DNA of 42,615 nucleotides, from contig CAUYUJ010000281.1 of the NCBI GenBank assembly GCA_963575745.1, forward strand, positions 620,001-662,615, read 5' to 3'. The notes under the pieces are model-generated. The model did not search any database and was not told where the DNA came from. It saw only the letters and a program-made list of their open reading frames with translations. The translations under genes and the position numbers were made by a program. Source of the stretch: Prorocentrum cordatum (lineage: Eukaryota). How positions within the stretch are numbered: position 1 is the first letter of the stretch; the number at the start of each line of letters is the position of its first letter. Shown here in pieces: positions 32,226-41,822 of the stretch.

Positions 32226-33960
32226 TGGCGACGCTGGCGCAGGGGCATACCCGGTGCGCTCGAAAGCTGCGGCCCTTTCGCAATGGAGCTGCTGCGACTG
32301 GGCGGACGTCTCCGTTCCTCCACAGGGTCCTGAGATTGCTGCTTGGGCTCAGACGCTTGTGCAGGAGTTGCGCCAATCGGCGGCCTCGGAGTTGCAGACC
32401 GAGGCACCTCCATCTGCACATCTGGCCCAGGGTCCTGAGAGTGCGCCTTCGGTTTCGCCTTCGAAGACGGCTTCGGTGCAGGGGTTTCACTCTTAGCCTT
32501 CGACAGTAGTGGGAGGGGGGGTTCCTAACCCCCTTCATGTAATTTTTGTTGGAATCCTCCAACATCTGGCGAGTTGCCTCGCGTGCGCGTTCGTCTGCTA
32601 TTCGCATGCGTTCCTCGTCCTCCGCAACTCGTTGGGCCTTCTGTTCATCCTTGGATGTCAGTTCTGGTTGCTGGGACCGACTTGAAACTCCAGGCGAGTT
32701 TCCTCGCATTCCAGGAAGACTAAAGAGCGCGTCTTTTTCTTCCTGGGTCATGGGCACCAGCCCCCTTGGAGCCGTGGGAGGTTTATCCTCTTCGGCTTTC
32801 GGATCCAAGTGGCTCAAGATCCCGAGACGTTGACTCACTTCTGCGATCTCGTCCTGTGTCATCGGGATAAGTTGCGGATGGCCCTCTTTATGAAGGGTTT
32901 TGCCCCTGTTGGGGCTCAGGCCTTCATTGTTTCCAACGGGGCATCCCGGCCTGTGGTTCTGGAACGGCTCGGAACAAGGTCCGCAAGCTGCTTGGGGCCT
33001 ATACTGCTTGCGAGCTGCGATGATGTCTCGCAGCTGAGTCCGCGCTTCTTGAATTTCAGGGCGGCGGATGTTTGTTGCAAGCTGATATCCTCCGCGGATA
33101 GCCTTGCCCTCAGTGTCCCTATAGGCAGGGCTGTCCTTGCCGAAGGCCGAGTGTTCCCCTTTTCGGCGTCTTGGGTCATTATGCGGAAGCAGCTGGCCAC
33201 CTCTCCTGAGAGCGTGTTCTTTCGGGCCAGCTTGCCTCCATTCACGAGGAAGCCGAGCCTGTGGATGTGGCTCTCCTCTGACGCGCGTATGGGAACGAGA
33301 CCTTCTGGTGTTCTCATCAGAAGAGGCTGCCGAAGCAGCCTGAGCGGCCACCGGTGGAGGCGCCTGCGGAGGCTCCTGTGCGATCCCAGGTGGATCGCCC
33401 GTCAGAGGCAGGTTTCCCTGCTGGCTGGAGCTCGGCGCAAATGGCGCCTGTGCCGATGGTGATGATGGTTCAGACTCGTCGGGATCGAAGTCAACCTCTT
33501 CCTCACCATTAACATCCATCATGAGGATTGTAACTTCATCCTCATCTAGTCCGCAACCATCGCCTTCTTCTTCTTCTGATGTAGAACTACCGATAATGAT
33601 GGCCATTGGCGTATCAGGTACTGGCAAATTTCCCTGCATGGCCGGCGTCTGTGCGTCGCTCGGCTGCCCCGGGGTAGGAGGCGCTGTTGTCGGCTCAGGC
33701 TCGTTGCCGAGCACGGGCTGCCCGGCAATGTTGCGCATGGCCGTATGGTTTGGCCACATTCCCACCGCCTGGAGACCCCATCCTGGCGGAGGAAGATCAT
33801 GACCGCGCATGGCGATAGCCATTTCCAGAGCATTGCGCCATCTACCTCGGGAATATATCAGGTGTCTCTGCACGTCCTCTGGATGTACGCTGTCAATGAG
33901 AGTCAGAGCTGCCAACAGCAACTCCGAGCTACCGCAGGCGTCGGTATCCTGCAGTATCAT
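32197..33960 (-). CDS. Polyprotein segment of unknown function (acidic/proline-rich, one CxxC-H-C motif)
   Basis: 587-aa non-repetitive ORF between Gag and Tpt1; CGPCSEPFQNHRPGC at 32941-32985. It probably frameshifts near 32515. Confidence 0.65.
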   Translation of the reverse strand: MILQDTDACGSSELLLAALTLIDSVHPEDVQRHLIYSRGRWRNALEMAIAMRGHDLPPPGWGLQAVGMWPNHTAMRNIAGQPVLGNEPEPTTAPPTPGQPSDAQTPAMQGNLPVPDTPMAIIIGSSTSEEEEGDGCGLDEDEVTILMMDVNGEEEVDFDPDESEPSSPSAQAPFAPSSSQQGNLPLTGDPPGIAQEPPQAPPPVAAQAASAASSDENTRRSRSHTRVRGEPHPQARLPREWRQAGPKEHALRRGGQLLPHNDPRRRKGEHSAFGKDSPAYRDTEGKAIRGGYQLATNIRRPEIQEARTQLRDIIAARKQYRPQAACGPCSEPFQNHRPGCPVGNNEGLSPNRGKTLHKEGHPQLIPMTQDEIAEVSQRLGILSHLDPKAEEDKPPTAPRGLVPMTQEEKDALFSLPGMRGNSPGVSSRSQQPELTSKDEQKAQRVAEDEERMRIADERAREATRQMLEDSNKNYMKGVRNPPSHYCRRLRVKPLHRSRLRRRNRRRTLRTLGQMCRWRCLGLQLRGRRLAQLLHKRLSPSSNLRTLWRNGDVRPVAAAPLRKGRSFRAHRVCPCASVASGGPFQEVR

Positions 33961-36467
33961 GCTGTCAGCTTCGATGTGCTCTTGACTCTCGGGAACGCGG
34001 TGATAAGTATCTCATGCGTCCTCATGAGGGTCTGCAGAAGAGTACGTGGTCCGTATTCGCCTGGAGCAAGCGAACCAGGGGGTACAAATGGGGTCTCTGG
34101 TTCACCTGTAATGAAAGCTTGTGCGAATGCCTGAGACTCCATTTCTATCAAGTCTTCAGTAGTTTGGGGATATTCTCCCATCAAAGAAGGCCTGCTTCCA
34201 GGCGGGATTTCGGGGGGAGGTTGGAGGTGGCGTTCAACCTCAGAAGGCGAGGCCTCTACAGTGATGTCCTCGTCACTGCTTTCGTAGGCCATGATGTTAC
34301 CTGGGTTCCCGAACATCCAGCCGAAGAAAGAAAGAGGCTGGTTTCCCAGCGTACCGTGATCCACGGGAGTGAGCTCGTTATTGCCCATAACGAACCGGCG
34401 GACGTACTCGAGGTAGTACGCGTACAATCCATGACCATACGCCTCGAGCTCGTCGACGTTGCCCATGCAACTGACCCAAGTGTAAAATATCTGCTCCATG
34501 GCTTCAAAATCCTGGAGGCTCAGATACTCAATGAATGGTTCACTTGAGCCAAAATGGACTTCGGTCGACCTGCCCTTTCCATTTCCCTTCGCTGGACAAT
34601 CTCGCACAAGATGGTCGGTACTATCACATTCATGGCATTTAAGAACCTGGCCGTCTCTACCTCGCGGGTTTCCCCGCCTACCCTTGCCTTTTCCTGAGGT
34701 CTCTCTACGGCCCTTGCCACGGCCCTTTCCCCCAAAGAAGATCTCATCATATTGTTCATCTGAGAGCCTCTGGAGAAATGCCGCGATGCCTCGTCCGTTC
34801 AACCTCCGACGACCACGCTTACCTTTACCTTTTCCCTTAAAACTCCTCCGTATCCTCCTTCTAACACGACGCACTGGTTTTCGTGTGAACCTCCTCCACC
34901 TTCGTTTGGCCTGTTGTAATAACCAGAACAGATGTTCAGCGCGCTGATTGTCATTATCCATATTCATAATATCTGACCAATCTAAAGCTTCAACACCATC
35001 TGATGATACAGTATCTGTGTCGGTGCCGGAGTCGAAATCCTCGTCTCCCAAGTAGGTGGATACACCGTCGGTTAGGGGGTTTGATTCGCCCCATAAGGAG
35101 CGGTGTGGTTGCGGTTCTCTGGAAGGAGGGCTGGTTGCCCAGCTTGGTTGTGATCGATCTCCTGCTAGTAAAGCAGTGGATTCTCCAGGATCATCAGCCC
35201 ATATGCTTGAGGGCCCGTTCCCAGGCTGGGCTTCAGTAGTCAGGGTAGTGTAGAAATTTCCACTACCAGATCCCCTTCCCCTTCCAAACACAGATCCTAT
35301 ATTACCAGGAGACCGTTCGGATAGGTGGCCTATCGAACGCATCCTCTCCAGCAACTCATCATACTGTTGTTGTGTTCGGGGCATTTGGTGATTAAGTGGC
35401 TGTAAGAGTCGCATGGCTCGCTGGTTGCCGACGCCTAAGGCGCGGAACAAGATCGCGGTTAGTAGTTGGAAGTTGGGAAGGTCAAATCCCACCGACTGTG
35501 CCTCAAGACGGGCCATTTCGAATCGGGTGAGGGTGACATCGATTCGCTCCCCGTGAGGCACGTGAAAGTCGATGAGTTGTGTGCCGGAAGTGAGCTGGCG
35601 CTCATCTTCCAGGCGTTCGAACTTCATGCTTAGGAGGAACATGATGTAGGTCACTGGGTCAGTATGGACCCCATCGATGTCAGCACCATAATTTATGATG
35701 TCAGGCGGTACCCTCATGGCGAGTGTCCTCGCTAGGCCACCTAGGCCGCGTTGTATTGCGGCCGCTTGGGCCTGTGGCGTCATACGTCCGCTTGTGACGT
35801 TGAGCCATTCGTTGACCTCATAAACGTACTCCCGGAAAGGTACGTTGCTTTGAGGGTCCCAATATGGGCCATGTGTTTGCCCATCGGTGCTGCTGTCTCC
35901 ACGACGCATGTGCCCGATTGCTGCCCCCAGCGCGAACCATATGATAGCGAAGATAACCAGCCCAAGGCTATGTAGATAAGGGCGGTTATTAGGCGCGTTT
36001 CCGCGCTGGGGTAGCGCCTTGTCGAGTCTTCGAGGCGCTCTATCTGGCGGATCTCTCCGCCCCTGCTTCACGTATTGCGTTTTTGGCTCGTTGCCGAGCG
36101 GTTGGTGGTAGCGCAATGATGAAGCGTATATGGTACCAATGTCGTTGTCTAGACGTCGTACCTCTCGTGTCGCTTCTTGCTCTTGGATAGATCCTCGTAA
36201 ACGTACTGGGAGTAATAGCGCAGGGTGGTAGGTGGTCACGAAGATCGTACCGAAGAGTATGAGGCTAAGAAGAGCAAGAGCTGACCACACGAGAGTGCGG
36301 CCAGCTCCGCTACCAAGTCGAAAGTGAGCCTGGTAACTCAAATAGCATCCGATTCCATGATAGACATCGGATAGCAAATAGCGTCCATCGCTCTGCTGTG
36401 ATAGTTCAATATGAGGAATGGGCGGATAAAACAGGATAAGATCGATGTATCGGTCTTTCCAGCACAT
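33957..36467 (-). CDS. gag: Gag-like protein with N-terminal hydrophobic segments and CCHC zinc knuckle
   Basis: CHECDSTDHLVRDC (C-x2-C-x4-H-x4-C) in a KGKGK/RG-rich nucleocapsid-like region; capsid-like PYWDP...FREY...W. The start is uncertain: the first ATG at 36467 is inside the LTR and the next is at 35909. Confidence 0.85.
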   Translation of the reverse strand: MCWKDRYIDLILFYPPIPHIELSQQSDGRYLLSDVYHGIGCYLSYQAHFRLGSGAGRTLVWSALALLSLILFGTIFVTTYHPALLLPVRLRGSIQEQEATREVRRLDNDIGTIYASSLRYHQPLGNEPKTQYVKQGRRDPPDRAPRRLDKALPQRGNAPNNRPYLHSLGLVIFAIIWFALGAAIGHMRRGDSSTDGQTHGPYWDPQSNVPFREYVYEVNEWLNVTSGRMTPQAQAAAIQRGLGGLARTLAMRVPPDIINYGADIDGVHTDPVTYIMFLLSMKFERLEDERQLTSGTQLIDFHVPHGERIDVTLTRFEMARLEAQSVGFDLPNFQLLTAILFRALGVGNQRAMRLLQPLNHQMPRTQQQYDELLERMRSIGHLSERSPGNIGSVFGRGRGSGSGNFYTTLTTEAQPGNGPSSIWADDPGESTALLAGDRSQPSWATSPPSREPQPHRSLWGESNPLTDGVSTYLGDEDFDSGTDTDTVSSDGVEALDWSDIMNMDNDNQRAEHLFWLLQQAKRRWRRFTRKPVRRVRRRIRRSFKGKGKGKRGRRRLNGRGIAAFLQRLSDEQYDEIFFGGKGRGKGRRETSGKGKGRRGNPRGRDGQVLKCHECDSTDHLVRDCPAKGNGKGRSTEVHFGSSEPFIEYLSLQDFEAMEQIFYTWVSCMGNVDELEAYGHGLYAYYLEYVRRFVMGNNELTPVDHGTLGNQPLSFFGWMFGNPGNIMAYESSDEDITVEASPSEVERHLQPPPEIPPGSRPSLMGEYPQTTEDLIEMESQAFAQAFITGEPETPFVPPGSLAPGEYGPRTLLQTLMRTHEILITAFPRVKSTSKLTA
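36301..36315 (-). promoter_or_regulatory. tRNA primer-binding site (probably initiator tRNA-Met)
   Basis: Minus strand TGGTAGCGGAGCTGG directly abuts the 5' LTR. The TGGTAGC start matches the ..GCUACCA 3' end typical of eukaryotic initiator tRNAs. Confidence 0.8.
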
Positions 36468-36576
36468 AGCGAACACTCGCGGTGTCCGGGCAAATAGGGC
36501 GCGCGTGCCTTGAGCCAAAGGCAACGGCGCGCGAACTATGCTCCCGATACTATAACATCTCCCAAAGAGCTACCCT
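36316..36576 (-). repeat. 5' LTR (261 bp)
   Basis: Direct repeat of 20592-20852. Confidence 0.95.
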
Positions 36577-36714
36577 GGACGGAGTGACGGCGGGAGCGTC
36601 CAAAATGGCCTCGGCAAGCAGGCCCAAATCATTGATTTCTGCCACGGCCTCTTGGGAAGAGCGCAATCCCCCCCCCCCGCCCCCCCGTCCTCCCTACCCC
36701 CTTCTTTGATCGAT

Positions 36715-36870
36715 CACCTTGAAGATGGCCCCAAGATGGCCCCCGAGGCTCCCAAGAGTGCCCCAAGAGGCGCCCAGGAGGCCCCAAGAGGCCAAGAGAC
36801 CCCCAAGAGGCCCCCTCCCAAGGCACCGAAGACGCTTCAAGAGGCCTTGAGGGCCGCCGCGAGGCCCCAA
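36715..36870. repeat. Degenerate (CCCAAGAGGCC)-like 11-bp repeats
   Basis: Direct inspection. Confidence 0.7.
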
Positions 36871-37764
36871 CACGCCGCAACAAGCCGACAACAAGCTCCC
36901 GAGGACGAGGACGAGGACGACGACGAAGAGAAAGACGGCAACACCACAGGCACCGCCCCGCAATTCCACAAAACACGAAAACGCAGTCGGGGGGAGGGGG
37001 TAGCTTCGGAAGCCACCCCCCGCAACCGGAAGCCAAGGCTCACCCTCAGCCCCGAGAAAGAGGGGGGGGATCTTCGATCCCCCCACCTAGGGGCCCGGCA
37101 ACGGCAACCTCCAGCTTTGCAAAGGGGGGAGAAAGCGGGGGAGAAGGGTAGCTTCGGAAGCTTGCCTCCTCCTCCTCCTCCTCCTCCTCCTCCTCCTCCT
37201 CCTCCTCCTCCTCCTCCTCCTCCTCCTCCTCCCCAAAGCGGGGAGGGGCGGAACTTCGGAAGCCCCCACCCCGTACAGCAGGGGGGGGGGAGCAGCTTCC
37301 CCCTCCAGCCTCGACAAGGGCAGCACAAGCTTACCCCGACACCCAGAAGGAGGGGGAGGGGTTCTGAAGCCCCCCCATGAGTGTCCCAGCGGAGGGAGGA
37401 GGGGGAGGGAGTAGCTTCGAAAGCCCCCTCTCCCCTGGTGGAAGAAGGGGGGAGCTTGAAGCTGGGCCCCCGCAGCGCGCTCTTTCATACTTACATCTCT
37501 CTTTCTCTATATATATATAAAGAGATATCGGAGGTTGGGTGAGATCGCAGTGAAACGGAGACCCCCAAACGGGACATCGTGTCGTTTCGGTCGTGTTGTG
37601 CGTGCGTGCGGGCGAGGCGAATCTGCCTGGACGCGCGAGAGGAATGAACCCGCCGTTGCTAGGGCGAAATCAAGGCAAATGCTGTTTCTCGCCTTCCGTC
37701 CGTCCGCCTTCCGTCCTGCACAAATGTTGCGCCTCCGCCTTCCGTCCGTCCGTCCGTCCGTCTG

Positions 37765-38835
37765 GCGGTGGCCCGCGGTGTCCCGTGGTGTCCCATTGAG
37801 TGAGATCGATAGTGATCGATGGTGAGATCGATACTAAGATCGATGTGGTGCCTCGAGGTATCCCGTGGTGTCCCAACAGGTGAGACCGATAGTGCGATCG
37901 ATAATGGGATCGACAGGTGTCCCGTGGTGTCCCGTGGAATCCCGTGGTGTCCTGTGAGTGAGATCGATAGTGAGATCGATACTGAGATCGATGAGGTGCC
38001 CGGAGGTGTCCCATGGTGTCCCAAAAAGTGAGATCTATAGTGAAATGGATAGTGAGATCGGCAGGTGTCCCGTGGTGCCCCGTGGTGCCCGTTGAATGAG
38101 ATCTCTAGTGGGATTGATGTGGTGTCCCGAGGTGTCCCGCGTTGTCCCGTGGTGCCCCGGGGTGTCTGGTTGAGTGAGATCGATACTGAGATCGATAACG
38201 ATATCGACAATTGTCCCGGGGTGTCCCGTGGTGTTCCGTTGGGCGAGAACGATAGTGAGATCGATCGTGAGATCGATACTGAGATCGATAGTGAGATCGA
38301 TAGTGAATTCAATACAGAGATCGATTTGGTGCCCCGAGGTGTCCCGTGGTGTCCCAACAAGTGAGACCGATAGTGAGTTTTGTGAGATGGACAGGTGTCC
38401 CGTGGTAACCCGTGGTGTCCGGTGGTGTCCCATGGGGTCACGTTGAGTGAGATCAATAGTGAGATCGATGTGGAGCCCGGAGGTGTCCCGTGGTGTCTCA
38501 AAAAGGGAGATCTATAGTGAGATCGTTAGTGAGATCGACAGGTGTCCAGTGGTGTCCCGTGGTGTCCCGTGGTGTCCCGTTGCGCCCCGTTGAGTGAGAG
38601 TGGTGTCCCGAGGTGTCCCGTGGTGTCTGTCCTATGGTGTCCCGTTGAGAGTGAGATCGATCGTGAGATCGGAAGTGAATCCCACCGTGAGATCGAGAAG
38701 TGTCCCGCGGTGTCCCGTGGTGTCCCGTGGTGGCCCGCGGTGTCCCGAGGTGAGTGAGATCTTTAGTGAGATCGATAGCGAGATCGACAAGTGTCCCGTG
38801 GTGTCCGGTTGGGTGAGATCTATAGTGTGATCGAT
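37765..38835. repeat. Interleaved satellite of 10-bp (GTGTCCCGTG) and 12-bp (GAGATCGATAGT) units
   Basis: Alternating blocks of the two motifs over ~1 kb. Confidence 0.9.
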
Positions 38836-39240
38836 TCAGTCAGACGTTGGTCCCCCCCTCTCCCCCCCACAGCCTCCTTATCACCCGAGAGGTGGTCGCA
38901 TAGGTACGTGTTTATGCAAAGATACATAGACAGATACACAGATACGTATACCTACGCAGCACGCAGCCCGCCCACGCAGCTTCGCCTCGCCCGCACGCAC
39001 GGCACGCACGAAGACGACACCGAAACCGATTTCCCAGTAGGGGGGCTCTCCGTTCCACTTCGATCTCGCCCCCAACCTCCGCCCTACATCTTCCACGCCA
39101 ATCCCTCGACAGGCGCTACGCATCTCTCGCTCTCGCTCTCGCTCTCGCTCTCTCTCTCTCTCTCTCGACGGCGGCGCGCGCGCTAGCGTCGGCGGCGGGC
39201 CCGCCGACACGCTCGGCGGGGGCCGGTGGCGGCCTTATAT

Positions 39241-39596
39241 CCTCCTGCTCCTCCTCCTCCTCCTCCTCCTCCTCCTCCTCCTCCCTCCTTCCTCTCCTCG
39301 CTCTCCTCCTCCCCCCTCCTCCTCCTTCTCCTCCTCCTCCTGCTCCCCTCCTCCGCCTCATCCTCCCCCTCCTCCTCCTCCTCCTTCCTCCTCCTCCTCC
39401 TTCCTTCACCTCCCCTCTCCGCCTCCCTCCTCCTCCTCCTCTCCTCCTCCTCCTCCTCCTCCTCCGCCTCTCTCCTCCTCCTCCTCCTCCCCTCCTCCTC
39501 CTCCTCCTCCTCCTCCTCCTCCTCCTCCCTCCTCCTATCCTCCTCCTCCTCCTCCTCCTCCTCCTCCTCCCTGCTCCTCCCCCTGCTCCTCCTCCC
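39241..39596. repeat. (CCT)n tract
   Basis: Direct inspection. Confidence 0.95.
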
Positions 39597-39770
39597 ACGC
39601 GTCCCTGCGCCCGCGGGTCTCCAGGGGTCTGCGGCCCTGCCGAGGCCGAGGGGGCGGGGCGCGGCGCGCGGTGCGCCGCGAGGATATCGGCCAATGGGCC
39701 AGTGGGGCTTATAGTCGGGGGGTCTGGCACCCAGCAGCGGCGCTCAGCTTTCACCTCCTCCTCTCACGTT

Positions 39771-39934
39771 TGAAGGGGCCCCAGGACACACAAATAAATA
39801 CACACAAATCAAATTAGTCCCCATATTTTCCCATATTTTCTGGGGTTTTGTCTTCTCCCCCAATTCCCATATTTTCCTATATTTTCCTGGGAATCGAGGA
39901 TTAATTGTGTCTGTGTGTTTTTTCCCCTCCTGAT
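39771..39934. mobile_element. ~164-bp dispersed element, copy 3, flanked by a 28-bp direct repeat
   Basis: ctcagctttcacctcctcctctcacgtt (39743-39770) versus ctcaactttcacctcctcctctcacgtt (39935-39962), one mismatch. Confidence 0.75.
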
Positions 39935-41760
39935 CTCAACTTTCACCTCCTCCTCTCACGTTGGCGAGGCTCTGATCGACGGGGTTCGCGGCGTTCTGGC
40001 GGAAACAAAACAGTGGCGGCGTGCCGGCATCAGAAATCGCCTTGGGCGCCGTGGCCGACAGGTGGGAGCTGGGTAAGCGCAGCAGGAGCAAGGACAGGCA
40101 AAACAAGTGATCAAGTATACAGCGGAGTCCAGTCCACAAGGAACCTTGCACAAGAAACCCAACCCTGAGACCCCAGGACGTCCATTGACTCATGGCTTGG
40201 GGACGTCGCGCTTTCCATCGCAAAATCATCGAAGCCCAAGAAGCCAGGGCACCCTTGAGGCAAGCATGGTGTTTCTTGGCATGGGTATTCACTGTAGGTG
40301 AGCCCAGCAGGAACAAGGACAGGCAACAAAAAGTGATCAATAACAATACGACTAGGCCCGATAGGACATGGAGTGTGCGCCCACCTGGTCGGGGAGGGGG
40401 TGAACGAAATGAACACAATCCCCAGATGGTACGTAACATGGTCATTCGAATGTAAACCGCAACAAGAGTGAAGGACATCGAACAACTTGTCGAAATGCTG
40501 CGGGCAGTCGCTGGTTCTGCTCCTTGTTGTGTTCTCTCCGACTCGAGGCTGGCGTAAGTTGCTGCTGCTCGGAAGCCCACACTGAGGGTCTCAAACCAAA
40601 GGTAAGGCTCACCCCCTGCCGAGGGCTAAACTGGCCGCAGTAGCAAGTGGTTTGGTGTGTGCTGCCGCTGGGCCTGGGTATGCCTGGCTTGAGTGGGGCG
40701 AGCAAGGCTGCGTGGCAGACTCTGTGAACGTGGAGCAGGTCGACTTTGTGAGGCGGTGAAGAAAGTGAAAAGGGGGACTCTTACAGACTGCACGGGTAGT
40801 AAGGTCAGCGTGGGTAACTGGTGCCAACGCGCTCGGTTCGCTCGGCAAGCGTGTAGGATGATCGAAAAGCGTCATGCCCCATCCCCTGGACGGAAGACTC
40901 TAGAAGGTTGGCTGTCCTCCCCTCCCTGTGTAGAACGTTGTTGAACGCCTGGGCAGCAGACTGCAAGTGAGAAAGTAGAAAGTGGCAAGAGGTCAGGAAA
41001 AGAGTTGGAACTGGTGAATGGCTGAACAGGTGGTAATTTAGTGGGGAACGCTCCCACGCTTCTGGCTGCAGCTACTGGCATGCAGATAACAGGTTGATAA
41101 TGAGTATGCAGTTCGCTGGATCCTGAGGGGAGCACCACCGTCCTCCTGGAGGGAGGCATCAGCAGAAGGTTGGGATCGAGGTGAGAGGTACCAAGGATGG
41201 TCCTCAGGTCGTCAGCCGAGCGGGAGCGATCGGGGGGAGGTTCGGCTCCGGCAGAGAAAACGACCTGGAATCGGCGATGCACCGCCGATGCACCGGCGAC
41301 AGCTCCCGCTAGTGAAACCGACGGCTCCTGGGAGGCACTGGGCTACCGGGCCCTTGCCTGCGATGCAGGGGCGGCCCGGGGTCGACGTGCGCCCCCCCCC
41401 CCCCCCCCCCCTGTAGCCTATTCAAAACGATAAACGCGAGGATCGGGACAAAGTCGGATCGGGATAACTCGAAATCTCTGAGGATCGGCGGGTTTGGAGG
41501 ATGTATTGGGCGCCCGCGGCCGCTCCAGAGCGTTCCGGAACGCTCTGAGAGCTCTCCGGAACGCTCTGGAGCGATCTATCCCGATCCTAGCCCTGTTTTA
41601 CTATCCCCCCCGAGCGTTGCCCCGGCGTGGCGTCCAGCCTCCGTCGCCGGGTCGAGGTAGTAGCAGTACGCGCTCACGGGCGACAGCGTCAGGCGCAGGT
41701 GCCGGAGCGTGATGAGTTCGTCCTTGTCGGGGCCGCTGCGGCCAGCGACGACGGCGGCCT

Positions 41761-41761
<1 letters not shown>

Positions 41762-41820
<59 letters not shown>
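41762..41820. repeat. (GAC)n perfect microsatellite
   Basis: Direct inspection. Confidence 0.95.

Positions 41821-41822
<2 letters not shown>

Larger units (their letters stand above)
20592..36576 (-). mobile_element. Giant (~16 kb) Ty1/Copia-order LTR retrotransposon with cargo domains, mildly decayed
   Basis: Two 261-bp direct repeats, a PBS next to the 5' LTR, a Gag CCHC knuckle and domain order PR-IN-RT-RH. Confidence 0.95.

Noticed and set aside
33957..33960. ATGA stop/start overlap suggesting termination-reinitiation between gag and the next ORF
   Set aside because: A single-base deletion ~50 nt upstream explains the frame change and restores continuous protein-like sequence. Reinitiation is not excluded until other copies are compared.
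21242..35975. Plus-strand ORFs antisense to the retroelement (up to 256 aa)
   Set aside because: Shadow ORFs of the GC-rich minus-strand coding sequence, with no independent motifs.
21749..36099. xGNxP as a repeated protease cleavage or peptide motif
   Set aside because: Flanking codons covary as base pairs, and the motif also occurs out of frame and in the 3' UTR. The peptide looks like a by-product of the hairpin, though an added protein role is possible.
39963..41200. Non-repetitive, coding-like stretch, possibly a decayed retroelement ORF on the plus strand
   Set aside because: Only short broken frames with no recognisable motif; a translated homology search would be needed.
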